The notes beneath the pieces are model-generated. The model saw only the letters and a list, made by a program, of their open reading frames with translations, was not told the DNA's origin and did no database searches. The position numbers and the translations under genes are program-made. From IMG/VR virus record IMGVR_UViG_3300027851_000011: a stretch of DNA of 64,000 nucleotides; one strand, given 5' to 3'. Positions 55,701 to 64,000 of this stretch are shown piece after piece (position 1 is the first letter of the stretch; every line of letters begins with the position of its first letter). Source of the stretch: a virus. Lineage: Duplodnaviria > Heunggongvirae > Uroviricota > Caudoviricetes.

Positions 55701-58700
55701 GCGGATGCGGGACGCGCTCATCCAGCTCGATGTGCGCCCACTTCTCACCCTTCAGGCCACCCGTGGTCTCGACGTCGTAGAGGCCACCGGCCTCTTCAGC
55801 GAGATCCTTGGAGCGGATGATCGACGCGTTCTCGACCTTGCCGTTGGACAGCGCACGGACGCGCTTCTCGGTCATCGGCATGTAGTGGAGGGTGTTGCCC
55901 TTCTTCTGCGTGTCGACGCCGGCAGCGTTGAGGAACGTGCGGAACTTCTCGAAGGCGAACGGCACCTTCGGAGGCGGCGGCTGCTCGCCAGCCTGATAGG
56001 CGTGCCAGAACTCGTCGTTCTTCGTGCCACGAATACCAGCAGACTCACTGAGGATCGCGTGGGCGTCATGGCCGAGAAGCGCGTAGGTGGTCAGGTGGTC
56101 GAAGCTCTGGCCGCCCTTGCCAGCGCCACGCGTCGGCGTCTCGTCCATGGTGTAGCTGTCACGCTCGCGTGCAGAGAACTTCTTCCGCACCGGATGGTCC
56201 AGCTTGAACATGTAGTTGTAGCCGACGGCGACGGGGCGCTCGATCCACTTGCCAGTCTGCGGGTCGAACAGCTTCTCAGAATGGCTGAGGCCCTTCTTGT
56301 CCAGCGCGTCGGAGATCTCCTTGGCGTGGTCGCGACCATCGAAGTTCGCGAACGAGTAGGAGCCCTTGCCGTCGCGGACGAGCTTGCCAGCCGCTGACTC
56401 GATGGTCTGGCTGGGGTTCATGCGGTTGACGATGCCGTGCGGATTGAGGATGACCTCGATGTGCTTCTTGTCAGCCGTCTGCGGCATCTCGTGATCGGGA
56501 ATCACTGCCGAGATCGTGCCCTTGGCCGCGCTGCTCATCGACAGCTTGTCGCCGACACGTGCCGGCTCTTCGGTCTGGAGATGCACTTCGATGTGGTCGT
56601 CGCGCACCAGGACGCGCTTCACGACACCAGGGAAGTCCTCAGTCCACACCACCATGCGGTCCTTGTAGGGCCGCAGCAGTGCCTTGTGGATGTTGCCGAG
56701 GTTCTTCGCCGTGCGATCCTGCGAGTCGACCTCGGTCTTCTGCACCGCAGCGACGAGGACGTCGCCGGGCACGACGCTCGAACCGTTCTTGATGATTCCC
56801 TTGTCGTCGAGCTTGGCGAAGCTGTCCTTCGTGAACTTGGTTGGGAACTGCGCGTAGGCGAGCTTCTTGTCGACCTTGATGTCGGGCTCAAGGTCGATCG
56901 ACTCGCGGTGCACGTGCAGCGACGTGAACTTCTTCGCAGCGCTCTCGCTGATAGCGATGGCGTCCTCGAAGTTCAGCGCGTTCTTCCACGGCATGTAGGC
57001 GCTGCGCACGTTGACGCCGAGTGCCAGCTTGCCCTCGCGGCTGTAGTTGCTGTCAGCGAGCAGCTGCCCCTTCTTCACGACGTCGCCAACCTTGACGACT
57101 GGCACATGGTCGATCGCGACCTTGGCCTGCATCGGGTAGTTGTCGAACAGCTCGTGCTTCACACCGGCGACGACGATCTCTTTCTTGGTGACCTTCTCGA
57201 CCTTGCCAGCGACCTTCGAGCGGATGACGAAGTAGTCGCCGATGACCTCACCCATGGCCGTGCCGAAGCCATCGGTCATATTCACCAGCGGCAGCTCGCG
57301 ATTGATCAGGGGCAGCGCCTGCGTGATGTGCTTGCCGCTCATCATGCCACGGTTGGCGTGCGTGTGATCGAAGAACAGCGACGAGTTGCTGGCGTGGTCG
57401 AACATCGCACGCCCGGACGGGATGACGTACTCGACCTCGGAGGCTGGGACGACCGTGATCTCACCGTCGACGTTGGCACGCACCTTGGCAGCTTTCGGCT
57501 TCCCGTCCTCGCCCTTGCCGACGTTCCAGTACTCGGGATAGCCGACGATGTGGCTGTTGGCCTCGGTGGTGTCGAGCCACGTGAGCTTGCCGATCTTGCC
57601 GTTCTCGACCTTGTAGAACAGCGACTTCATCTTGTCGCCGTCCTTGATCGCGTTCACAGCGAGGTGCGTGGTTACGCCGATCTCGCTGCCTTCAGGCGTG
57701 TGCACGCTGTCGATGAAGCCGGCGCTGCCAGGGCGGAAGAGGCGGGCCTCGTTGGTGATGGCCGTGTCGTCCTTGATGCCGCCCTCGCCCTTCAGCGTGA
57801 CCTTGCTGTTCTCAGAGAGGATGGCGAGCGGGTTGGCTGCTTCGGCGGTGTTGGCGAGGCCGCCTTCGATGCCGGCACGACCACCATAGAAGCCGACGGT
57901 CGCGCCATTGAGCCAGCCAGTTCCGAACGCCTGGGCGAGCGTAGCCGTCGGCTTCAGCAGACGGTTCTGCACCCGGCGCTGGAGCATGCGCGTCATCTTG
58001 GTGATGCGCGCAGGGATCATGTCGTCGACATGGTGCAGCGTCTTGAACTCGACGTTGTCACGGTCGTCAGGCTCTTCAGCACCGCGCTGCACACCGAGGA
58101 TGCGCTTCGAAGCGAGCAGCAGGACATCGAGGCCAGCGTGCGAGAGTTCGTGGCCGAGCGTGCGCTTGGTGACGTACGGATCGAGTTCCTTGCTCGACAG
58201 CCACGTCTTGATCGCCGCTACCTGACCAGCGGCGTCGACGTTGTCGAACTCGGTATCCTTCTCGACGATGCCGGCGCGAATCAGTTCCTTGTTCTGCTTG
58301 TGCGACACGACTGACTTGAAGAACTTCTCGACGTCAGCTTCACGGGCCTTCGTCTGGTTTACAGCCAGCAGTTCGCGCGCTTTCTTGTCACCACCCCATG
58401 TGTCGACGATCTGGTCGTCTGTCGCACCGAGCGCACGAACGATCGCATACCAGCTGACCGTCGAGTCCCAGACGCCGATCTTGAAGATGCCGGTCTCAGG
58501 GTCCATGAACACCTTGAGCTGGCCGCCCTTCATCAGGATGAAGGTCTCGAACTCGCCGTTGGTCTTCTGCCGGGTGTACGCGCCGGGCTTCAGGCGCAGC
58601 TGCATCGGCGTGAAGTAGTCGTTGCCACCAACCATCATCGTGCCGAGCGCACCCATCAGCGGCAGCGAACCGAGGTTGAAGCTCTTCAGCGTCTGCACGA

Positions 58701-59016
58701 CCTTGCCGTCACGTGACAGGGTCAGGTCAGCCACGATCCGGCCGCCGAGGGTCTGCCGCCCCTGTCGGGCGTCCTGCCACGCGTTCAGGCCATCGGGGTC
58801 GAACTTGCTGTCGTCGATGCGGACGTTGGCCGCCTCGACCTTGACGTTCGAGCCCTCAATCGGGAAGAGGCCCTGCACGGCTTTTACCGTGCCGGCCTTC
58901 ATCGCCGGGTTGACGAGCGAGTCGCGCCTGGGGATCGTCGGCAGGGCCTGGGTCGCGACCTTGAGCGCGTATTCCAGGTGAATCAGGCGGTAGGGATCGA
59001 GCCGTTTCGGTTGCAC
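52708..59016 (-). CDS. DNA-directed RNA polymerase, fused beta-beta' single polypeptide
   Basis: Beta motifs FEDAIAIS, GDKL...KG, ILNPHG; beta' motifs YSGRSTI, YNRAPTLH, FNADYDGDTM, QLIMKAFHSGG; one continuous 2102-aa frame. Confidence 0.95.
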   Translation of the reverse strand: MQPKRLDPYRLIHLEYALKVATQALPTIPRRDSLVNPAMKAGTVKAVQGLFPIEGSNVKVEAANVRIDDSKFDPDGLNAWQDARQGRQTLGGRIVADLTLSRDGKVVQTLKSFNLGSLPLMGALGTMMVGGNDYFTPMQLRLKPGAYTRQKTNGEFETFILMKGGQLKVFMDPETGIFKIGVWDSTVSWYAIVRALGATDDQIVDTWGGDKKARELLAVNQTKAREADVEKFFKSVVSHKQNKELIRAGIVEKDTEFDNVDAAGQVAAIKTWLSSKELDPYVTKRTLGHELSHAGLDVLLLASKRILGVQRGAEEPDDRDNVEFKTLHHVDDMIPARITKMTRMLQRRVQNRLLKPTATLAQAFGTGWLNGATVGFYGGRAGIEGGLANTAEAANPLAILSENSKVTLKGEGGIKDDTAITNEARLFRPGSAGFIDSVHTPEGSEIGVTTHLAVNAIKDGDKMKSLFYKVENGKIGKLTWLDTTEANSHIVGYPEYWNVGKGEDGKPKAAKVRANVDGEITVVPASEVEYVIPSGRAMFDHASNSSLFFDHTHANRGMMSGKHITQALPLINRELPLVNMTDGFGTAMGEVIGDYFVIRSKVAGKVEKVTKKEIVVAGVKHELFDNYPMQAKVAIDHVPVVKVGDVVKKGQLLADSNYSREGKLALGVNVRSAYMPWKNALNFEDAIAISESAAKKFTSLHVHRESIDLEPDIKVDKKLAYAQFPTKFTKDSFAKLDDKGIIKNGSSVVPGDVLVAAVQKTEVDSQDRTAKNLGNIHKALLRPYKDRMVVWTEDFPGVVKRVLVRDDHIEVHLQTEEPARVGDKLSMSSAAKGTISAVIPDHEMPQTADKKHIEVILNPHGIVNRMNPSQTIESAAGKLVRDGKGSYSFANFDGRDHAKEISDALDKKGLSHSEKLFDPQTGKWIERPVAVGYNYMFKLDHPVRKKFSARERDSYTMDETPTRGAGKGGQSFDHLTTYALLGHDAHAILSESAGIRGTKNDEFWHAYQAGEQPPPPKVPFAFEKFRTFLNAAGVDTQKKGNTLHYMPMTEKRVRALSNGKVENASIIRSKDLAEEAGGLYDVETTGGLKGEKWAHIELDERVPHPLYEKTLRDITGLKQAEFYGLIMHSRWYDPKTGKIVDEPGEGRVTGEAAFKHVLDFNVDSKIRDLRQKLRTAVGSDANKYNRAVRYLRGLKTSDLDPFEAYMTKTVPVIPPKFRPIIEMSGGALRVADSNLLYRDLLLTTKSLADAKSAGLPKSMQTEARKHAYEAFGALIGVNNPLTHRDDREDASGFIDIIKGKRNKEGLFQRLVVAHRNDYSGRSTIEPDSNLGVDEISIPEDMAWKIYKPSIVRRMSQGGWQPAEAAEQVEKRTLAARQALDAEMKERPVLYNRAPTLHRWGIAAAMPRISEGKEVKISPLVCGPFNADYDGDTMSIFTPITDAAKNESFKLLPSKNLIYDRNKGLAYGVSKDIISGIFALTSPGSPSGKSYKTAADAIDAYRNNKDSLQMGSLVKIEGNPNPIAVGWLMFEEIVPKRFLAGISAPITGKKLDKLLERIATDSPADYNLISRRISQAGFEFAAAAGGITSSIKELVVDRSKINRLLTQLDNEVRKGSTIEERRKIFSSKQKAVSDQLTDIMKKHLEETNEGYHSFVVSESNKKIDQMKQVLATPLAVTDVNDKLVPNVITSSYAGGMSPSDYVMVTPGARKGLVARSRSTALPGFLAKEVAGNVGDIRVMEKDCGTKVGIDEPLNEADVDLLDRHLLNDVAGFKRNDPITPHVLSVLRDKGLKDVMVRSPMTCKSLHVPCQMCAGRDAQGKLHPIGSNIGYNYGQSVSERSTQLIMKAFHSGGTIGSGDSLTDGFARLKDLLSTPEQLKDQGVLAQVAGTVSDKRIAPQGGYYVTVRPTSGPTVEHYVPANRNMKVNVGDRVTKGQPITDGNYRPQEIAALQGGLAAQRYVVNDIRKSYEAAGATVRKPVIEVLAAGLMRTVEITDDGGEPSISVGDVMHENEFNALHAKNSKIEAKPVLLGLSHKPLESKDLLARLNFQRLDDSIRDVSSSAGSSDLTGSASPIAGLAYGATFRPAPLFDSAFHKTAEAETGA

Positions 59017-59025
59017 CGCAGAATC

Positions 59026-61428
59026 CTACGGGCTCTTAGAAACCGTGCTACTGAAGGCTTTCGCCTGATTCTGGCGGGCGTCGTACTGGTAGAACTGCTG
59101 GGACGAAGCATTGACTGGCGTGTTTGCTTCCGTCAGGTTTTCCTTCATCGACTGCTTCTTGGCCTTCTCATCGTCGGTGCACAGGTCGTTGAAGTTCATG
59201 TTCATGATGTCGTTGATCATGCCGATCAGCTTGATGATCTTGGCAATGCGCTGATTGTCCTCGATCTTGGCGGCCACACGGGGTGCGCCATCGAACGACT
59301 TCATGTTGGTGCTCTTAGACTCCTGGGTGGAGGCGTCTGGCTCAATGCGCTCCAGCACCTCCACCGAAAGGGTGTTGAGCACCGGGCTGTCACAGTTGGC
59401 GACGAGGCACTTGATACCCTTGATGATGAGGCCGATCGCCGAGCTGTCGCCGAGTAGGTCAGACAGACGCAGGTTCATCACCGCGTCCTTCAGGTTGGCG
59501 AAGGTGTTGAGGATCTGCTTCAGGTTCTGATAAAGCGCGACTGCATTGGAGATCGCCGAGAAGACAGCCATCAGCTGTTCGAGCCCAAAGAACATGTGCT
59601 GCTTCATGCACACGAGGAACTTCTGGCGGTCGCTGATGGCGAGACGCAGCTCCTTGATCGCGATGGCGATCTCCTGTTGGGCACCAGGAAGCCCTGCGAT
59701 GCGGTTCTGCGATGCACGCATCAGGTCATTGACCTGTGCGATGATCCGCTGACCGCCGCGCTTTGGATCAGTCGTGCCTGCGCACTGGCCGGCATCGAAC
59801 CGCTCGACGACGGCCATGATGACGCGCATCACGGCTCCCTGGCCAGCGAGGATGCGGTCGATGAAGTTGAACGTCCCAGGCAGCAGCTGCATCACGCGGC
59901 ACAGGATCGTGAGCCACATGTACGCGGCTGCTTGGCTCGACATGTACGACCAGACGTCGAAACGGTCGTCGGCCTTCTGGTAGTATTTCTGCACCTCAGC
60001 GTCGACACGCTTGCGCATCTCGGCTTCCGGCAGCTCGCCGTACTTGTCCGTGATGTAGTTCGCCATGAAGTCTTTGTACTTCGTGACGTCCGTGGTCTTG
60101 ACGCTGTTCGTTCCGATCTGATTGCCTGCGTCGTCGAACACAGGCTCGTTGTACGTGAACTCAGGCAGGCTCGTGGCGCCAGAGCCAGTCAGTTCGAGAT
60201 CGCGACGAACGCCGCTCACAGCGTTCTTCACCATTAGGATCAGCGGCCCGAGCAGCTTCCCGATGTGGACGTTCGTCATCGCCTTGATGTTGTCGACGGC
60301 CGAGACGATGTTGCTGTAGAGCATCACGATCTGGTCGTCTTGGTTCTTCACCTGCTGCGCCAGACGCATGATCGCGTCGATCTTCATCTTGTACGTAGCA
60401 GCCGGCAGCATGTGCGTCATGCCGACGTCACCTGCTTTGTACGAGAGTGACTGAATGCCGGTGAAGTTCGACAGATGGCCGAGCGCCGTCTTGCCGATGT
60501 CCATGTCGCCGTCGTAGATGATCTTCTGGGCCTCACAGATCTTGTCAGACGCGTACCCGAGCATTGAGCGATCGAGTACGTCATTCTTCGTGATCTTCTC
60601 ATAGGCGATGCGCAGCGCTTCTTCGGCTTCACAGAGATCGAGCACCGTCGCAGCGTTCGGAAGCGTGACGTCGATTTTGATCGGCGCCTTGCTCGCAGAC
60701 TCAGCTATGTCGATCGAGAGCTTCTTCAGGCGGCGTAGGGCATACAGTTCCGAGTCGATTGCAGGGATGCCGTACTCGAATGCGTAGATGAAGATGCCGA
60801 GCAGGTTGCCCTCGGCGTCTGGGCCGAGGAACAGCTTCTGGAGCGACTGGAGGACGTTGTTCTTGAAGTCGTTGAAGAACGAGCCTGACTGCCCAGCGTC
60901 CAGCTGGCTGGCCATCGCGTTCATCGTCTGGCTCAGCATCTGCCCCTGCGTCTTCAGGAAGAGCATGAACGGATTCATCAGCGAATCCTTCATCTCCGAG
61001 AAGAAGCTGTCGAGCTGGTCCAGCAGATCTGGTCCTTCACCGGGCAGAATGATGTCGCCGAGCAGGCTGAAGGCGTCCTTGAACGGCTTCATCATTGCGT
61101 CGCGCATCTTCTTCAGCATGTCGTTGTCTGCTGAGTTCTCCGGCAGCGCGAAGTACGCGGTGGCGCCGAGCGCCAAGTCGACGAAGCACGGAACAGTCCC
61201 GAGCCCCGGCGGCAGGAAGCCGTAGCCGATGTTCAGAAGATCACGACCGCTCTGGATGCTGCTGAGGGTCCCGACGATCTCGGTCGTCACGCCGACTGCG
61301 TCGGACATCGCATTCGACAGCTTCTCGGCTGGGCTGTCGCCTACTGCACCGTATTCGTCGGTGCTCAGCTCGTCGTTGACCGTCTCCTTGATCTGAGACG
61401 TCGTGTCCTTCAGGAGCGGGCTGGCCAT
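59026..61428 (-). CDS. 800-aa helical hypothetical protein
   Basis: Long ORF between the sigma and RNAP genes; no recognised motif. Confidence 0.7.
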   Translation of the reverse strand: MASPLLKDTTSQIKETVNDELSTDEYGAVGDSPAEKLSNAMSDAVGVTTEIVGTLSSIQSGRDLLNIGYGFLPPGLGTVPCFVDLALGATAYFALPENSADNDMLKKMRDAMMKPFKDAFSLLGDIILPGEGPDLLDQLDSFFSEMKDSLMNPFMLFLKTQGQMLSQTMNAMASQLDAGQSGSFFNDFKNNVLQSLQKLFLGPDAEGNLLGIFIYAFEYGIPAIDSELYALRRLKKLSIDIAESASKAPIKIDVTLPNAATVLDLCEAEEALRIAYEKITKNDVLDRSMLGYASDKICEAQKIIYDGDMDIGKTALGHLSNFTGIQSLSYKAGDVGMTHMLPAATYKMKIDAIMRLAQQVKNQDDQIVMLYSNIVSAVDNIKAMTNVHIGKLLGPLILMVKNAVSGVRRDLELTGSGATSLPEFTYNEPVFDDAGNQIGTNSVKTTDVTKYKDFMANYITDKYGELPEAEMRKRVDAEVQKYYQKADDRFDVWSYMSSQAAAYMWLTILCRVMQLLPGTFNFIDRILAGQGAVMRVIMAVVERFDAGQCAGTTDPKRGGQRIIAQVNDLMRASQNRIAGLPGAQQEIAIAIKELRLAISDRQKFLVCMKQHMFFGLEQLMAVFSAISNAVALYQNLKQILNTFANLKDAVMNLRLSDLLGDSSAIGLIIKGIKCLVANCDSPVLNTLSVEVLERIEPDASTQESKSTNMKSFDGAPRVAAKIEDNQRIAKIIKLIGMINDIMNMNFNDLCTDDEKAKKQSMKENLTEANTPVNASSQQFYQYDARQNQAKAFSSTVSKSP

Positions 61429-61429
61429 A

Positions 61430-62179
61430 TCAGACCCTGCTCATGTGCATGTTGAGCTTGTCGGCGATCGACGTGCGCAGCTGAGACACGCGTCCTGCGC
61501 TCATCTTCAGCTTCGAGGCAATCTCGTTGTTCGACAGCTTCTGCTTTCCGTGCGCGCCGAGGCTGTAGTCGAACACCTGCTGCTCGTCGGGCGTGAGGCT
61601 GTAGTAGGCCAGCATCGCGCGCTCGTAGTTCTCGTCGTGCTCGAACTGCGACAGCTCGTCGAAGCCACCAGGGCCTGACTGAAGCAGGTCGCGCCGCATC
61701 ATCTTCTCCAGCTTGGTCACGTGCTTCAGCGGAACGCCGAGGTGGTCCGCGATCTCAGCAGACGATGGGTCGCGGCCCATCTTCTGCGTCAGGTCGCTGA
61801 CAGCGGCTCGGTACGGAGCGATCTGCTGAATCTTGGCCTCGGGGATGCGCGCGACGTTCTGGTGCATCCCGTTGTAGCGGTAGAGCTTGTTCTTCACCGC
61901 CGTCAGCACGTAGGTGCTGAGGTTGGTGCTGCGGCTCGGGTCGTATTCCTGGAGTGCTTCGACAGCGTAGATCTTGCCCTGCGTCTCCAGAATCGGACGA
62001 GCGACGGGGCTGCCGCTCGTGTACATGTTCACTGCCGTCATGATCGGACCCATGAGGCTCTGCATGAGTGCTTCGAGCGCCTGCTCCTTCTTGTAGCCGA
62101 CGGCGTTCTTCCACTCCTTGAACATGCGCTGGTCACGGGCAGCAGGCGACTCGGCACCTGGGGTACTGAAAGAATCCAC
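61430..62179 (-). CDS. sigma-70 family factor (SigF/FliA-like architecture)
   Basis: Region 2 EALQEYDPSRSTNLSTYV; region 3 MGRDPSSAEIADHLG; region 4 LTPDEQQVF...SNNEIASKLKMSAGRVSQL. Confidence 0.88.
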   Translation of the reverse strand: MDSFSTPGAESPAARDQRMFKEWKNAVGYKKEQALEALMQSLMGPIMTAVNMYTSGSPVARPILETQGKIYAVEALQEYDPSRSTNLSTYVLTAVKNKLYRYNGMHQNVARIPEAKIQQIAPYRAAVSDLTQKMGRDPSSAEIADHLGVPLKHVTKLEKMMRRDLLQSGPGGFDELSQFEHDENYERAMLAYYSLTPDEQQVFDYSLGAHGKQKLSNNEIASKLKMSAGRVSQLRTSIADKLNMHMSRV

Positions 62180-62181
62180 GA

Positions 62182-63939
62182 TCAGCCCTCCGTGATGCCG
62201 GCGTTGATTGCTGCCTTGATCATCCGTGCCGCATTCTGGCGGATAGGCGAGAGGAAGCTAGTGCCCTTGCTGAGAACATAGGAGAAATCAGCAGAAGCCA
62301 GCTCGTACGGCCCGTACGCATTGGCACCAGAGGCCGACTTCATCAGCACCATGCGCTGCGGCGCAGCGAAGAGCTTGTGTGCACCAGTTCCCGAGCTGTC
62401 GAGGTCGTCGGGCTCGGCACGGCCGAACGCGAAGTCGGGATCTCCTGCGTCACCGGCCTTCGTCTTCTGCACGCCGGGCAGTGCATGGAACTCAGCGTAC
62501 TGGCTGAGCGAGACGCCTGGGCGGTACTGGTATTCGAGTGCAGCGCGGCCGGGGTCCGGCGAGCTGTGGATGTTGGCCGCGATGGTGCTGCCCACTGGCT
62601 GCGAAGCCATGCTGAAGTCTTTGGTGTACGACGGAACGTTCATCACCAGTCGAGCCAGCTCGTCCAGGTTGATCTGTTTCGTCGCGTACTCGCTCTTGTT
62701 CGACGCGCTCTCGGTGATGTTCTGCAATGACTTCATGATGAGGTCAGTCGGCAGCATAGCCGAGTGCCCACCAGCAGCTGCACCACCGGACGACGAGTTC
62801 ACATTCGACACCTTGGACACGTTGGTGCCGAAGACGACGTTGTACGCGTTCTTCTCGATGCGGTCGGGATAGAACTTGTCGCAGATCCACGACGCGAGCG
62901 GCACGTTGCGAAGCCGTTCGTCCACTGCATAGGCTTCGCGGACATGGCTGATCTGCAACGAGGTCGAAGGCGCACCAGTCGCGCTGATGATGTGCGTGAC
63001 CGCGCTGATGATCCCCCAGAACGGCCCAGTCTTGTCTTCGATCAGGCACGGGAAGCCGACGGCCACATACGGAAGGAACGTGCACGTCACGTTGGCTGAC
63101 CGGGCGCCTGCACGAACGGCCTCGAAGTGCGTGCGCGCAGCGGCCTGGACGTACTCGATGTAGTCGCGCTCTTTGATCGTGGCGCCCGTGCGTGTCTGAT
63201 CCGGCGGCAGCTTCAGCGGATCGGTGCTGACCGCCGGGCCGAAGTTCTCCATCGGCAGCGACACGAAATGCGGGATGACACCGCGATGGTATTCCTCGGT
63301 CGTCAGGAGGTCATGGGTAGCACAGATGCCAGCGCGCATGCCGGGCGCACTGTGATCGTTCCTGAACGAGATGCTCGACTGCTTGATGATCGAGTTCGTC
63401 ACGATCGCACGTTCGACGCTGTTCACGACGACGAAGGCCGGGACTTGGACGTTTCCAGCGACGGCGCCGGTCTCGATCTGCGCAATGACGCGCGTCGGCT
63501 CAGCCAGGAAGTTGCGCGTCGCGCTGATGTCCACGATCTGATCAGTGAAGATCACGTTGCAGGCAGGAGGAATGGCGCCGTACAGGTGGGGGATGAACAG
63601 CATCTCAGGGATGCGATAACCCGAACCGACGACGGCGTTGTTGTCAGCTGCCTTCGCTCCCGTCAGGTTGACCATGGGCGGCGCGAGCAGCGGAACGTGG
63701 TGGTAGAGGGCGACGTTCTCAAGCTCCCCGATGATGCGAGAGAGCGTCTTGCCCTGCGACTGCTCACGGCCGATACCAGTCATCATCATGTTCAGCAGCT
63801 CAACGTTCAGCCGCTGCGTGATCTGAACGTCAGCGAACGCGAAGGTCTTGTTCGCGACTGCTCGTGCAGAGTGGTAGAAGGTGTCGACGGGCGACTGCTT
63901 CACCATCGCGTCGATGAGCGACATCAGCATGATCGACAT
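62182..63939 (-). CDS. putative baseplate hub/tail protein; frame stays open to the window edge
   Basis: PPACNVIF...RSANVTCTFLPYVAVGFPCLI; call rests on resemblance and context. Confidence 0.5.
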   Translation of the reverse strand: MSIMLMSLIDAMVKQSPVDTFYHSARAVANKTFAFADVQITQRLNVELLNMMMTGIGREQSQGKTLSRIIGELENVALYHHVPLLAPPMVNLTGAKAADNNAVVGSGYRIPEMLFIPHLYGAIPPACNVIFTDQIVDISATRNFLAEPTRVIAQIETGAVAGNVQVPAFVVVNSVERAIVTNSIIKQSSISFRNDHSAPGMRAGICATHDLLTTEEYHRGVIPHFVSLPMENFGPAVSTDPLKLPPDQTRTGATIKERDYIEYVQAAARTHFEAVRAGARSANVTCTFLPYVAVGFPCLIEDKTGPFWGIISAVTHIISATGAPSTSLQISHVREAYAVDERLRNVPLASWICDKFYPDRIEKNAYNVVFGTNVSKVSNVNSSSGGAAAGGHSAMLPTDLIMKSLQNITESASNKSEYATKQINLDELARLVMNVPSYTKDFSMASQPVGSTIAANIHSSPDPGRAALEYQYRPGVSLSQYAEFHALPGVQKTKAGDAGDPDFAFGRAEPDDLDSSGTGAHKLFAAPQRMVLMKSASGANAYGPYELASADFSYVLSKGTSFLSPIRQNAARMIKAAINAGITEG

Positions 63940-64000
63940 CGGCGACTTGGTGTTCTTCTCGGTCGCGAGGAATGCCGCAAGGCTCGTTTGGAGTTTCGAC

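Noticed and set aside
52660-58314. Several long + strand ORFs (546, 268, 254 and 625 aa)
   Set aside because: Antisense to the RNAP gene.
52708-59016. Host chromosomal rpoBC locus
   Set aside because: No ribosomal-protein neighbours, diverged motifs, and flanking phage virion genes.

Overview
A 64-kb, high-GC segment of a large myovirus-like phage genome; the host is probably a diderm bacterium, given an encoded outer-membrane-type protein. Four alternating strand blocks are visible. (1) + strand, 1-12.9 kb: an SF2 helicase tail, a J-domain protein, small ORFs, a repeat-rich origin-like locus and a recombination module. (2) - strand, 12.9-41.2 kb: a virion module with tail tube, sheath, neck, major capsid, prohead protease, terminase and spike, plus many Gly-rich proteins sharing an FWAxE/KxA motif. 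(3) + strand, 41.3-51.9 kb: an accessory island with MYG1, a beta-barrel protein, and a Ro60/TROVE gene followed by an array of eight Y-RNA-like elements, three of them built into complete CCA-ending tRNA scaffolds. (4) - strand, 51.9-64 kb: two tRNAs, a 2102-aa fused beta-beta' RNA polymerase, a sigma-70-type factor and a probable baseplate hub. The most striking system is the Ro60 plus Y-RNA/tRNA-chimera array at 45.2-47.9 kb. All calls come from reading motifs by eye; no searches or folding programs were run.
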